In this document: piece by piece, positions 44,998-54,109 of the stretch
Numbering within the stretch: position 1 is the stretch's first letter
Layout: each line of letters begins with the position of its first letter
Assembly: GCA_963666315.2 (NCBI GenBank)
Contig: CAXXHG010000007.1
Coordinates: 1-64,000, forward strand
DNA from: Candidatus Binatia bacterium
GTDB taxonomy: Bacteria > Desulfobacterota > Binatia > Bin18
Direction of reading: 5' to 3'
DNA length: 64,000 nucleotides
The notes under the pieces: generated by a model
Seen by the model: only the letters and a program-made list of their open reading frames with translations
What the model was told of the DNA's origin: nothing
Databases searched by the model: none
Position numbers and translations under genes: made by a program

Positions 44998-46323
44998 TTA
45001 AAACACTAGCTGCAGCTGAATACGCGCTTCGAGTTCATCTCTGGCTCGTCGTTTCTTGCGGGCAGTGCTGATCGTGCCAATATCCGTCTGTAATTTGATA
45101 TTCTGACCGTAGAAGTAGTAGTTCAGCGCACCACGAATTTCATCTCGTAACGTAAAATCAAGGGCGTTGTTGTTTGGATTAACAAAGGAGTACCGAAATG
45201 CGGCTTCCAGGTGGTGGGGAATGAGGAAGTAGCCGGCTTGACCATACCAACCGTGAGCATCAAACGTGCGATTTGGGCTGCCGCTGCCGAAGTCGAAGGC
45301 CCGATCCACCGTAATTTTACCGAAGTAATATTCACTGACAAGACTAAAGCCGCGCCATTTAAAGGCCGCATCCGCCGTGGATGTCCAAATATCGATATTA
45401 TCACCGCTGAACCCTGGACGAATGATAATGTTTTCTAACGCATCGTTGTCGGCGTTGAGGCGGGGGATGTCTTTTTTACCCACTTTGTTGAACTGACTTG
45501 ATAGGCCGAACGACACGCGTGGATGTTGAAGATCGTGGATCTCTGGCTCCCCGGCTGGAAAACGGCCGAGCGGGTCAAATTGGAGGCGTCCCGTATATAA
45601 ATAATCGGTCGAGCGCTGACGCTGGTTCAGGCCATTCCCGTTAAAGATACCAAACCGATAGTGCAGCCGCTTTTCCCACAGGCTACCCATCAGCTCCGCC
45701 CCGGTATCGCGGCCGACATTGAAGAAGTCATTGGCAATGGACCGTTCGGTGAACTGTAAAACGCCTATCGGTGTGATCTCCTGGCGCGACTGACCGGGCC
45801 AAAACTGGCCAAGGCGGAGCCCCAGCCAGGGCTGATATTGATAATGGAATATATAATCGATCAGCCTGACATCACCATTGAGCATCTCGGTTTGGAAAAA
45901 GTACCGCAGCTTTGGGGAGAAGGCTTGCCCTTGCCACCACAGTCGAGCCGCCGCGATCCGAAACCCACTTTCGTCTGACTGGCCAGTCGCACTCCCATCG
46001 CGGTTGGTATACCCCCACCGCGCGAGTACGCGCCCGCCAATAGCCAGTGAGTGGTTGCCATCTGCCGATTCAAACTGAAACCCTCGGCCAGGTTTGTAGC
46101 CGACCTTGGCGCGAGCCGGCGAGGTCGGCGAAGCCTGAGAAGAGTCGGAGGTGTCAGCTTTCCCTTGCAGCTCTTGATATTGCTGTTCAGTAATCTGCCC
46201 ATTGATTCGTAAGACCTTTAACAGCTCTTCGACCGTGGGATTGTCGTGGGCCAGCCCAGATGCGTGCCACGCACTGCACAGAGTCAACACAATCAGAACA
46301 ATGAGTTGTTTTTGCCACTTCAT
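44998..46323 (-). CDS. Second porin (phosphate-selective porin O/P-like)
   Basis: Signal peptide, LQFTERS...F..GRD.G, G.FNG.G, YGQAGYFL, R.QLQL.F C-terminus. Confidence 0.8.
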   Translation of the reverse strand: MKWQKQLIVLIVLTLCSAWHASGLAHDNPTVEELLKVLRINGQITEQQYQELQGKADTSDSSQASPTSPARAKVGYKPGRGFQFESADGNHSLAIGGRVLARWGYTNRDGSATGQSDESGFRIAAARLWWQGQAFSPKLRYFFQTEMLNGDVRLIDYIFHYQYQPWLGLRLGQFWPGQSRQEITPIGVLQFTERSIANDFFNVGRDTGAELMGSLWEKRLHYRFGIFNGNGLNQRQRSTDYLYTGRLQFDPLGRFPAGEPEIHDLQHPRVSFGLSSQFNKVGKKDIPRLNADNDALENIIIRPGFSGDNIDIWTSTADAAFKWRGFSLVSEYYFGKITVDRAFDFGSGSPNRTFDAHGWYGQAGYFLIPHHLEAAFRYSFVNPNNNALDFTLRDEIRGALNYYFYGQNIKLQTDIGTISTARKKRRARDELEARIQLQLVF

Positions 46324-46508
46324 TCTTCACCCTTCTCCTCATTAGAAACTCGCTCATTATGCCTTAAAGTCATCGCCCGACAAACTCTTTTGAAAATAGA
46401 CAGGGCATACATTGACTTTTAGCTGGACAAGTGGCGAATCCGTTTGACACTGCTGCTAAAATGTCATAGTAGTTCGCAAGCCATCCAGATCCAATTATCG
46501 TTTTATAG

Positions 46509-46865
46509 GTGTTAATGACACTCAAAGCACGATCAACAACATGGCTGACTTTCTCACGATTCGTATGTGTGTCGATCTGCCTTTGTGTCTTCGCCGTCCT
46601 ATCAGCTCCTCAGCTTGCAGTGCTGACATACGCAGCGCCGGCTGAGGCGGAACCTCCCAGACACGAGGGCTCAGAGAGCTCTAAGGAAGAATCGGTGGTT
46701 CACGTTGCGGCGCGTCGCAACGTGAACCACCGATTCGGCAGTCATCTCAGTCGGTCTTATGATACCTGCGACCTGCTCCGCCAAGTCGCGTCGTACGCCG
46801 GTCATTTCCCAGCGATCGTTGGCCATCAGCTTCCCAAGGGCTTCCACGCGCCTTTGCTGATTTAA
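46509..46865 (+). CDS. Small exported His-rich hypothetical protein, possible leader ORF
   Basis: Hydrophobic N-terminal segment, low-complexity acidic linker, C-terminus GHQLPKGFHAPLLI; first ORF before sulP. Confidence 0.55.
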   Translation: MLMTLKARSTTWLTFSRFVCVSICLCVFAVLSAPQLAVLTYAAPAEAEPPRHEGSESSKEESVVHVAARRNVNHRFGSHLSRSYDTCDLLRQVASYAGHFPAIVGHQLPKGFHAPLLI

Positions 46866-47025
46866 GCGTCGCGCACTCTCTGGGCGTCGTGTCTCTAGGG
46901 ATTCTTTGCAGAATTCTAATCAGAATATTGCGGCCGAACTAGCCAAGAAACTTGTGGCTGGACTGACTGTTACTTTCGTGGCGATCAGTCAGTTCGTGGT
47001 ACAGGATGGATGAGGGTCCACATCA

Positions 47026-48654
47026 ATGACTCAAGAAGCAAACCAGGTGCCGAGAGGGACACTCGAAGGACTTCGTGACGTTTGGAAGTTCGACATCCTT
47101 TCGGGTTTTCTTGTCTTTCTGATTGCGCTGCCCCTTTGTCTTGGAATCGCCCTGGCGTGCGGATACCCGGCTATTGCTGGTATCTTCACTGCGATTATAG
47201 GTGGAATGCTGGCGACCTTTTTCAGTAATTCAGAACTCACTATCAAGGGGCCGGCAGCGGGCCTTATTGTTATAGCGATTGGCTGTGTCACTGAATTTGG
47301 TTTTACCGGGGGGACGGATCCGGTTGCCGACATGCAAGCCTATCGACTCGCCCTTGGAGTCGGTGTAGCCGCCGGTATTCTTCAAATTCTCATTGGCGTG
47401 TTTCGAGCTGGGATCCTTGGCGAGTTCTTCCCTACTTCGGCAATTCACGGGTTGCTTGCCTCAATTGGCGTGATCATCATGGCTAAGCAATTCCCGGTTA
47501 CCTTGGGCTTGGGACCGGAAGGCGCGCCGTTGGAACTGCTTGCAAGGATCCCACAATTCATCATGGATATGAACCCCATTGTAGCGCTCATTGGGATCAT
47601 CAGCCTGGTCATTATGTTCGGCTGGGAACATATTAGGATTCCGCGTCTTCAGGTGATTCCTGCCCCTGTGGTGGTCCTTCTTATTGCCGTCCCGATCGGA
47701 TTATATTTCGATCTTGGTCAAGAGCACACCTATTCGTTCGGCGGCCGCGAGTATCCTCTTGGAGGAAAATTTCTCGTCAATGTCCCCGACAATATAGTCA
47801 GCGCCATCGCATTTCCAGACTTTTCTGGCGTGGCCACTACCACAGGGCTGAAGTACATATTGATGTTTGCGTTGATTGGGAGTTTGGAATCTCTGCTGAG
47901 TGCGAAAGCAATCGACGAGATTGATCCATGGCGCAGAAAAACCAACCAGGACCGTGATCTGTTTGCCGTCGGGGTGGGGAATACCGTCTCCGCTCTCGTT
48001 GGTGGGTTGCCAATGATCTCGGAAATCGTGCGGAGCAAAGCCAATATCGATAACGGGGCGAGGACGCGATTCGCCAACGTGTTCCATGGGCTCTTTTTGC
48101 TCATCTTTGTCGCGCTCTTGCCGGGATTGATCAATCAAATTCCACTTGCTGCATTGGGCGCGATGTTGGTCCGCGTTGGTTTTCGTTTAGCGGCACCGCA
48201 AGAATTTCTCCATATGTACAAAGTCGGGCGCGAACAGTTGGTCATCTTTGTCTCAACGATTATCGGTGTCTTGGCAACGGATTTGCTCAGCGGGATTGCC
48301 ATTGGCATAGGCGTCAAGGCAGCCTTCCACATTTTTAATGGCGCGCCCTGGATTTCTCTTTTTCGACTAAGAGTCAACGTCGAGCGGGGAGAGAATGACG
48401 GGGTAACGGTTGCCGTGAAAGACTCTGCAATATTCAGCACGTGGATCGGATTAAAGAAAAGATTGGAGCACTTGAAGGGGGAGCCCAAGGTGGTTCTCGA
48501 CTTATCGGAGACCTCCTTTGTTGACCACACCGTGATGGAACGGCTGAAGGAGATGCAAAATGAATTCAAGGAGAATGACTCTATATTGATCATAACCGGA
48601 TTAGACCAACACCGAAAGCTCTCGGATTATCCCACTGCCGCCCGGAAAATGTAA
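47026..48654 (+). CDS. SulP/SLC26 anion (probably bicarbonate) transporter with STAS-like C-terminus
   Basis: SG..VFLIALPLCLGIALA, GPAAGL, LESLLSA.A.D, GGLPMISEIVRS.AN, DHT.ME. Confidence 0.9.
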   Translation: MTQEANQVPRGTLEGLRDVWKFDILSGFLVFLIALPLCLGIALACGYPAIAGIFTAIIGGMLATFFSNSELTIKGPAAGLIVIAIGCVTEFGFTGGTDPVADMQAYRLALGVGVAAGILQILIGVFRAGILGEFFPTSAIHGLLASIGVIIMAKQFPVTLGLGPEGAPLELLARIPQFIMDMNPIVALIGIISLVIMFGWEHIRIPRLQVIPAPVVVLLIAVPIGLYFDLGQEHTYSFGGREYPLGGKFLVNVPDNIVSAIAFPDFSGVATTTGLKYILMFALIGSLESLLSAKAIDEIDPWRRKTNQDRDLFAVGVGNTVSALVGGLPMISEIVRSKANIDNGARTRFANVFHGLFLLIFVALLPGLINQIPLAALGAMLVRVGFRLAAPQEFLHMYKVGREQLVIFVSTIIGVLATDLLSGIAIGIGVKAAFHIFNGAPWISLFRLRVNVERGENDGVTVAVKDSAIFSTWIGLKKRLEHLKGEPKVVLDLSETSFVDHTVMERLKEMQNEFKENDSILIITGLDQHRKLSDYPTAARKM

Positions 48655-48662
48655 GGAAGGTC

Positions 48663-51659
48663 TTGACACAAGTAATAGAGTCGGAACGGATTTCATTTGA
48701 ACCGACTTCAAAGCGGTTTCGATCGCTTTCCTCGGGAGAGCGAGGGCGAGTGCGCGATGCGGTCGCTGAGGCGTGTAAGCCGATTGCCCAGTCATGGCCG
48801 ATGAAGACGTTTGCTTATCGCAATCCTCTTCGCGGCTGGGAACACTTGCCGTTTGACGAGGCCATTCGCGAAGCCAAATATCTGCTGGGAGGAAACGGTT
48901 ACATCCCGAACGACGACTACCGTCAACTGTATCGGGAAGGACGTGTTACGGAGGATGCCGTCAAGCAGGCTCTGCAGGTGGTCGCCTCAAGCGTCGGTGT
49001 GCAGACTGTCACCGTAGGCCATCGTCAAGTCGTGACATCGGAAGTGTTGCGCCTGCATCTTGTGTTCGGATTCGATTCGCTGGACCCGACCCTGTTAACC
49101 TGGCAGTTTGGCGGCGGATGCGCAACAGAGCAGTTTCGAGATGATCTGCCGCCGGAGTCTAGGAAGCCACAAAACGGCGACGCGTCTTATTTGTCGAAAC
49201 TGTGGAAGAGCACGTTATCCGCGCTCGGCCTTTCTGTTGGGACCGACGATCCGCGGGCACAGGTCAGCGAGGAAGGAACGAGTCCCAGCGTTGATTTGCC
49301 TTCCGGAAGAACGCTCAGTGATTGGCTGGGATTACTGGCCGGAGCTTCTTTGGTCGATGAGATCAACGATCAGATGATAAAGTGGACCGGAGCCTTTCTT
49401 GATGAAGGAATGGCCGATTGGGAGATGCCCGGCCGGAAGGCTGGGTTTTATCGCGCGTGGCGAACGCTCGCGGCAAGGGACTTTTCTGGACGTTTCCTTG
49501 GCATCAAACAGTTCGCGACGAAGGTCCGCGATTTGCCGGACTCACCGGAAGATGCAATCGCTCGCAGCCTCCAGGGGCTTGGGATTCCCGAACAGGGATG
49601 GGCGGATTACCTGTCACGCCAGTTAGCCCAGTTGCCGGGTTGGGCCGGATTCATTCGCTGGCTGGGCGAAAACCCTGGTTATGCTGCTCAAAAACAGCAT
49701 CCGATCGACCCGCTTCAATATCTGGCAGTTCGCCTCTTCTATGAAGTCGAACTCGTCGATACGTGCTGCCGCCAAGAGTGGGGTATTGACGGGACGCTGC
49801 CGGCCCTCGTCTCCTCTTGGGAGGGGCGCAGGGATGAGTACCAGAAGCTCGGAGGGCGTGATTCGCGTGCGACCGGCCGCTATGTTCAATCCGTGTGTGA
49901 CGATGCGTGGCGCCTCTTTCATCTGGCGCAGTTTCTGCAACTGTCTCCCGACGATGTGGACACGCTTTCCCCCGCCGATGCGCGGACTCTGCTGTCTTGG
50001 TTGGACGCACTTCCCAGCGATGAGCACGGTCGGGTGTGGTTAGATGCGCTGGAGTCGAGCTATCGCAAGCAACTGATCGAGCGGCTCGCCAACCATAATG
50101 CCGAGCCAGGCACCAATGAAGACCGGACCGAAAACCGTCCGCGGGCCCAGCTTGTCTTGTGTATCGACGTGCGCTCGGAGTCGTTCCGCCGTCACATTGA
50201 GGCCCAAGGGCTCTATGTGACATTCGGCTATGCGGGCTTCTTCGGCATTCCCATCAGCTTTCAAGCGTTCGACAGCTCGGCACGGGCCGCTTTGTGTCCG
50301 GTCATCGTGCCGCCGGGGTTCAACGTCGATGAGGTTCCGCGTGGCGGCGAAGAAGGGCCACTCAACCATTACGCGGTGGGATCGAGGTGGAACCAACTCG
50401 GCGAGCACCTGTTTCATGCCTTAAAGAGCAATCCAGTCTCGTCGTTGATGTTGATAGACGTGCTGGGCCTGTTTTTTAGCGCGCGGCTGTTCGGAAAAAC
50501 GTTTTTGCGCATGCCGTACGAAGCGATCAAGGCGCGTGTACATGACTGGTTTATTGGTTCGGTGGCGACCCAGATCCCCGTCGATCGCACGGAAGATGGA
50601 CAAGACGGACACGCTGAACCGCCCGCCGGACCGCCGCACGGTTTCACACCAGAGGAACAGGCGACGTTTGTTGAAAAAGGACTGCGGGCGATTGGACTGA
50701 CACGGAACTTCGGCCGGTTCATCGTGCTGTGCGGCCACGGTAGCACGTCAGACAATAATCCCTTTTTCGCCGCGTATAACTGCGGCGCGTGTGGCGGCGG
50801 TCATGGCGATCCGAATGCGCGGGTGTTCGCGGCGATGGGGAATCGGGGGCACGTCCGGCGCGCTCTTAAAGAGCATGGACTGGATATTCCGGACGACACA
50901 CGGTTCCTTGCCGCCAAACATAACACAGCGACCGACCGAGTCTCGTTTTATGACGTACAAGATGTGCCGACGAGCCACGCCGACGACCTCCGTCGGCTCA
51001 CCGAGGACTTGGAAGAGGCCGGCCGCCATCAGGCGCTCGAACGATGCCATCGCATACCGCAAGCGCCCACGGACATTTCGCCGCAAGCCGCCACGGACCA
51101 CATGCTGTCGCGTACGGTCGACTGGACGAATGTTCGGCCCGAATGGGGCTTGTCCAGCAACGCTGCTTTCATTCTAGGACGCCGTTCGCTCACCAAAGAC
51201 CTTGATTTGGGTGGGCGGGTCTTTCTGCACTCCTACGATCCGGACGCTGATACTGAGGGGGCTATCCTCGAAGCGCTCATGAATGCACCAGTGGTCGTTG
51301 CGCAGTGGATTAGCATGGAATACTACTTCTCGGCCGTTGATCCGGTCGTCTACGGAAGCGGCAGCAAAGTGACGCACAATGTGGTCGTTGGTGTCGGTGT
51401 GATGCACGGCAGCCACGGTGACTTACAATCGGGCTTGCCGTTGCAGAGCGTCAACAACGGCCCGCGGCACTATCACGAACCGGTCCGTCTGTTGGTCATC
51501 GTCGATGCACCCAGGAGCCGTATTGCCGCTGTCATCGCCAAGCACACTCAGTTACAACACTTGTTCCAAAACCAATGGATCGGCCTGGTGGCGATGGATC
51601 CGGTGACTCGAGATTTTCACCGATTTCGCCCAGACGCGACGTGGGAGGTGTGCCAGTGA
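48663..51659 (+). CDS. dabA: DUF2309 / DabA (MpsB) inorganic carbon pump subunit, beta-carbonic-anhydrase-like
   Basis: WP...F...NPL.G, LPGWAG, CIDVRSE, GYAGFFG, CGHGS...NNP, CGACGG, HNTATD, RPEWGL, R.FLHSYD, GSGSK..HN, HEPVRL. Confidence 0.93.
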   Translation: MTQVIESERISFEPTSKRFRSLSSGERGRVRDAVAEACKPIAQSWPMKTFAYRNPLRGWEHLPFDEAIREAKYLLGGNGYIPNDDYRQLYREGRVTEDAVKQALQVVASSVGVQTVTVGHRQVVTSEVLRLHLVFGFDSLDPTLLTWQFGGGCATEQFRDDLPPESRKPQNGDASYLSKLWKSTLSALGLSVGTDDPRAQVSEEGTSPSVDLPSGRTLSDWLGLLAGASLVDEINDQMIKWTGAFLDEGMADWEMPGRKAGFYRAWRTLAARDFSGRFLGIKQFATKVRDLPDSPEDAIARSLQGLGIPEQGWADYLSRQLAQLPGWAGFIRWLGENPGYAAQKQHPIDPLQYLAVRLFYEVELVDTCCRQEWGIDGTLPALVSSWEGRRDEYQKLGGRDSRATGRYVQSVCDDAWRLFHLAQFLQLSPDDVDTLSPADARTLLSWLDALPSDEHGRVWLDALESSYRKQLIERLANHNAEPGTNEDRTENRPRAQLVLCIDVRSESFRRHIEAQGLYVTFGYAGFFGIPISFQAFDSSARAALCPVIVPPGFNVDEVPRGGEEGPLNHYAVGSRWNQLGEHLFHALKSNPVSSLMLIDVLGLFFSARLFGKTFLRMPYEAIKARVHDWFIGSVATQIPVDRTEDGQDGHAEPPAGPPHGFTPEEQATFVEKGLRAIGLTRNFGRFIVLCGHGSTSDNNPFFAAYNCGACGGGHGDPNARVFAAMGNRGHVRRALKEHGLDIPDDTRFLAAKHNTATDRVSFYDVQDVPTSHADDLRRLTEDLEEAGRHQALERCHRIPQAPTDISPQAATDHMLSRTVDWTNVRPEWGLSSNAAFILGRRSLTKDLDLGGRVFLHSYDPDADTEGAILEALMNAPVVVAQWISMEYYFSAVDPVVYGSGSKVTHNVVVGVGVMHGSHGDLQSGLPLQSVNNGPRHYHEPVRLLVIVDAPRSRIAAVIAKHTQLQHLFQNQWIGLVAMDPVTRDFHRFRPDATWEVCQ

Positions 51660-52144
51660 AATCGAGCCGCAACTCTACGCTGACGATCAAGACCTGTACC
51701 TTTTTCCTCATCTGGCTGCTCTTGTCTGAGAGCTTTGCCGGACTGCATGTAGTATTGGGGGTCGTCGTGGCCTTCGGTGTCGCCTGGTTGAACACCGACC
51801 GCTCCTCAACTTGCTCGTCTATCCGCGGCTGGCGCATGTTGTGGTACTTCCCCTGGTTGGTGGGCCGCATTCTGCAGAGTGGTTGCCATCTTTCTATGCT
51901 CATTCTGAATCCGGCTCTCCCCATCGACCCGAAGATGATTCGTCACCGGACCGAGTTGCAAGACGACGATCACATTGTGCTGCTCGGCAATTCCATCACG
52001 TTGACACCTGGCACGATCACCGTCGAGGTCGATTCTCAGGATTTGGTCATCCACGCCATGGACGACAGTTCCGCCGCCGACGTTACGAGCCGGCGAATCG
52101 AGCAGCGGATTGACAGCGTATTTATCGCGAGAGGTACAAAATGA
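51656..52144 (+). CDS. mrpE: Mrp/Mnh antiporter subunit E
   Basis: LGNSITLTPGTITV, L.IHA; GTG overlaps the dabA stop. Confidence 0.9.
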   Translation: MKSSRNSTLTIKTCTFFLIWLLLSESFAGLHVVLGVVVAFGVAWLNTDRSSTCSSIRGWRMLWYFPWLVGRILQSGCHLSMLILNPALPIDPKMIRHRTELQDDDHIVLLGNSITLTPGTITVEVDSQDLVIHAMDDSSAADVTSRRIEQRIDSVFIARGTK

Positions 52145-52410
52145 ACGCTTTTTTCCTGTTCGTGCTGATGACCATCACCCTTCTGATTGCCATCTACTTA
52201 TACCGCGTTCTTCGTGGACCGACGGTGTTTGACCGGGTGTTGGGTCTGAACGGAATCTCGACCAAGGCGATCATCCTGCTGGTCGTGATCGGCACCTTCT
52301 ACGAACGCGTCGACATGTTTGTGGATATTTCAACCGGCTATGCTTTGTTGAACTTGGTTGGCTCGCTAGCCATCGTCAAGTATCTGGAAGAACGGAAGGA
52401 GATCTTTTAA
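52141..52410 (+). CDS. mrpF: Mrp/Mnh antiporter subunit F
   Basis: YR...GPTVFDRV, DI...YALLN..G.LA..KY. Confidence 0.9.
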   Translation: MNAFFLFVLMTITLLIAIYLYRVLRGPTVFDRVLGLNGISTKAIILLVVIGTFYERVDMFVDISTGYALLNLVGSLAIVKYLEERKEIF

Positions 52411-52748
52411 TGTCTCTGAATAAACTATCTGAAGCAGCACAATGGGTCATCACGCCGGTGTCGATCGGCTTGATTCTGGTTGGCTTGTTCTTTCTGTTCG
52501 TGGCGGCAATCGGAGTACTGCGCTTTCCGGACGTCTATACGCGGTCGCACGCCGTCTCGCTGACCGATTCATTGGGTGCGTTTTTTCTGCTGGGCGGATT
52601 GGCACTGTATGAAGGTTTGAGTACCAACCTGGTCAAGATCCTGGTCGTACTCGTCCTGTTGTACTTGCTGAATCCGGTTATCACCCACGCCACGGTTCGA
52701 TCGGCGTATCGTTGCGGCCTTCAACCTTGGAGCAAAGACGACGCATGA
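52410..52748 (+). CDS. mrpG: Mrp/Mnh antiporter subunit G
   Basis: G.LRFPDVYTR.HA....D.LG, NPV..HA. Confidence 0.92.
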   Translation: MSLNKLSEAAQWVITPVSIGLILVGLFFLFVAAIGVLRFPDVYTRSHAVSLTDSLGAFFLLGGLALYEGLSTNLVKILVVLVLLYLLNPVITHATVRSAYRCGLQPWSKDDA

Positions 52749-53275
52749 TCTATTCGATCGAGATCCCGCTCTTGATTCTGCTGCTTATGACCGCTGCAGG
52801 TGCGATCATTGTAAAGGACTTGATCAGCTCGGTTTTTATTTTGGGGACATATAGCTTTCTGCTCGCCCTTGTGTGGGCGTGGCTGGGGGCGGTGGATGTG
52901 GCTTTTGTTGAAGCCGTGGTGGGAGCTGGTTTGGCGACGGTGTTCTTTTTATTGACGCTTTTCGGAACGGCGCCGAAAGACATACGCATTCGGCGATCCG
53001 CACCGCCGCTAACTGCCTTTGTCGGGCTGCCTGTGCTCGGACTGTTGTTGTTATACGCGGCGGAAGATCTTCCTAAATTCGCGGACCCGCATTCGCCGGC
53101 CAGCCTCCATGTGTCCCCTGCGTACCTTACAAACAGCCTGAAAGAGATGGACACACCAAACGTCGTGACGGCGGTGCTGATGGATTATCGGGCGTTCGAC
53201 ACGCTGATTGAAACCGCAGTGATCTTTATCGCCGGCCTCGCCTGCGCTTTGCTGTTGCGGAGGAATCAAGAATGA
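52745..53275 (+). CDS. DUF4040 plus MnhB-like subunit (MbhD/E-like, equivalent to the MrpA C-terminus)
   Basis: AVDVAFVEAVVGAG, PNVVTAVL.DYRAFDTL.E. Confidence 0.88.
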   Translation: MIYSIEIPLLILLLMTAAGAIIVKDLISSVFILGTYSFLLALVWAWLGAVDVAFVEAVVGAGLATVFFLLTLFGTAPKDIRIRRSAPPLTAFVGLPVLGLLLLYAAEDLPKFADPHSPASLHVSPAYLTNSLKEMDTPNVVTAVLMDYRAFDTLIETAVIFIAGLACALLLRRNQE

Positions 53276-53721
53276 TCCACGCACACGACAGCATCATAGT
53301 CCGGACGACGAGCCGGATACTGATTCCGTTGATCCAGTTGTTTGGGCTGTACGTCCTGTTCTTTGGCCAATTGGGACCGGGTGGCGGGTTCGCCGGCGGA
53401 GTCATACTGGGCACGAGCCTCATTTTGGGGATCCTCGTATTTGGTCCGGATGCTCCCGTGTGTCGCTTGGCGAGCAAGGTCATTCATGGTGAGGGGGTTG
53501 GACTGATGATCTTTGTCGGCGTCGGAGGATTGTGCTTGATCGGAGGTGGCGAATTTTTGAACTACGGGAACCTGGACATCCCTTGGATCGATTCCGCCGC
53601 GCGGCGACGTTCCCTGGGTATTGTGTTGACCCAAATTGGGGTCGCCGTAGATATCGCCGTCACGGCAATCTCGATTGTTATAAGTTTGTCGCTCATTAAC
53701 AGCGAGGAATCTCATGATTGA
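53272..53721 (+). CDS. mrpB: Mrp/Mnh antiporter subunit B
   Basis: GPGGGFAGG, G..FL.Y. Confidence 0.88.
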   Translation: MIHAHDSIIVRTTSRILIPLIQLFGLYVLFFGQLGPGGGFAGGVILGTSLILGILVFGPDAPVCRLASKVIHGEGVGLMIFVGVGGLCLIGGGEFLNYGNLDIPWIDSAARRRSLGIVLTQIGVAVDIAVTAISIVISLSLINSEESHD

Positions 53722-54109
53722 GTTTATCGAAGCGGCCCTGCAAAGACCCAACTTCATCGCCTTTGTGGTGCTGTTTCTTTGGGGTCTTTTCATCATGAAC
53801 ACCCATCCAAACCTGGTGAAGAAACTGATCGGCATGTACATTGTCCAGACAAGCATCCTGCTTTTGATCGTCACAATTGGTGTCAAGCAGGAGGCAACCG
53901 TTCCCATCCTGCAGGGAAGCGACGCGGTGCTGTCCACAGCGGACCAGATGTCCCCGCCCAATTACACCAATCCCTTGCCACACGTTTTGACCTTAACGGC
54001 AATCGTGGTGCAAGTCGCGACCTTGGGCGTCTCGCTGGCTTTGGTCACCGCACTCTACCGGAAATACGGCAGCCTGGATGAAGACGAGATTCTGCAGAAG
54101 ATTGAATGA
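53714..54109 (+). CDS. mrpC: Mrp/Mnh antiporter subunit C
   Basis: NLVKK.IG, NPLPHVL.LTAIVV. Confidence 0.92.
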   Translation: MIEFIEAALQRPNFIAFVVLFLWGLFIMNTHPNLVKKLIGMYIVQTSILLLIVTIGVKQEATVPILQGSDAVLSTADQMSPPNYTNPLPHVLTLTAIVVQVATLGVSLALVTALYRKYGSLDEDEILQKIE

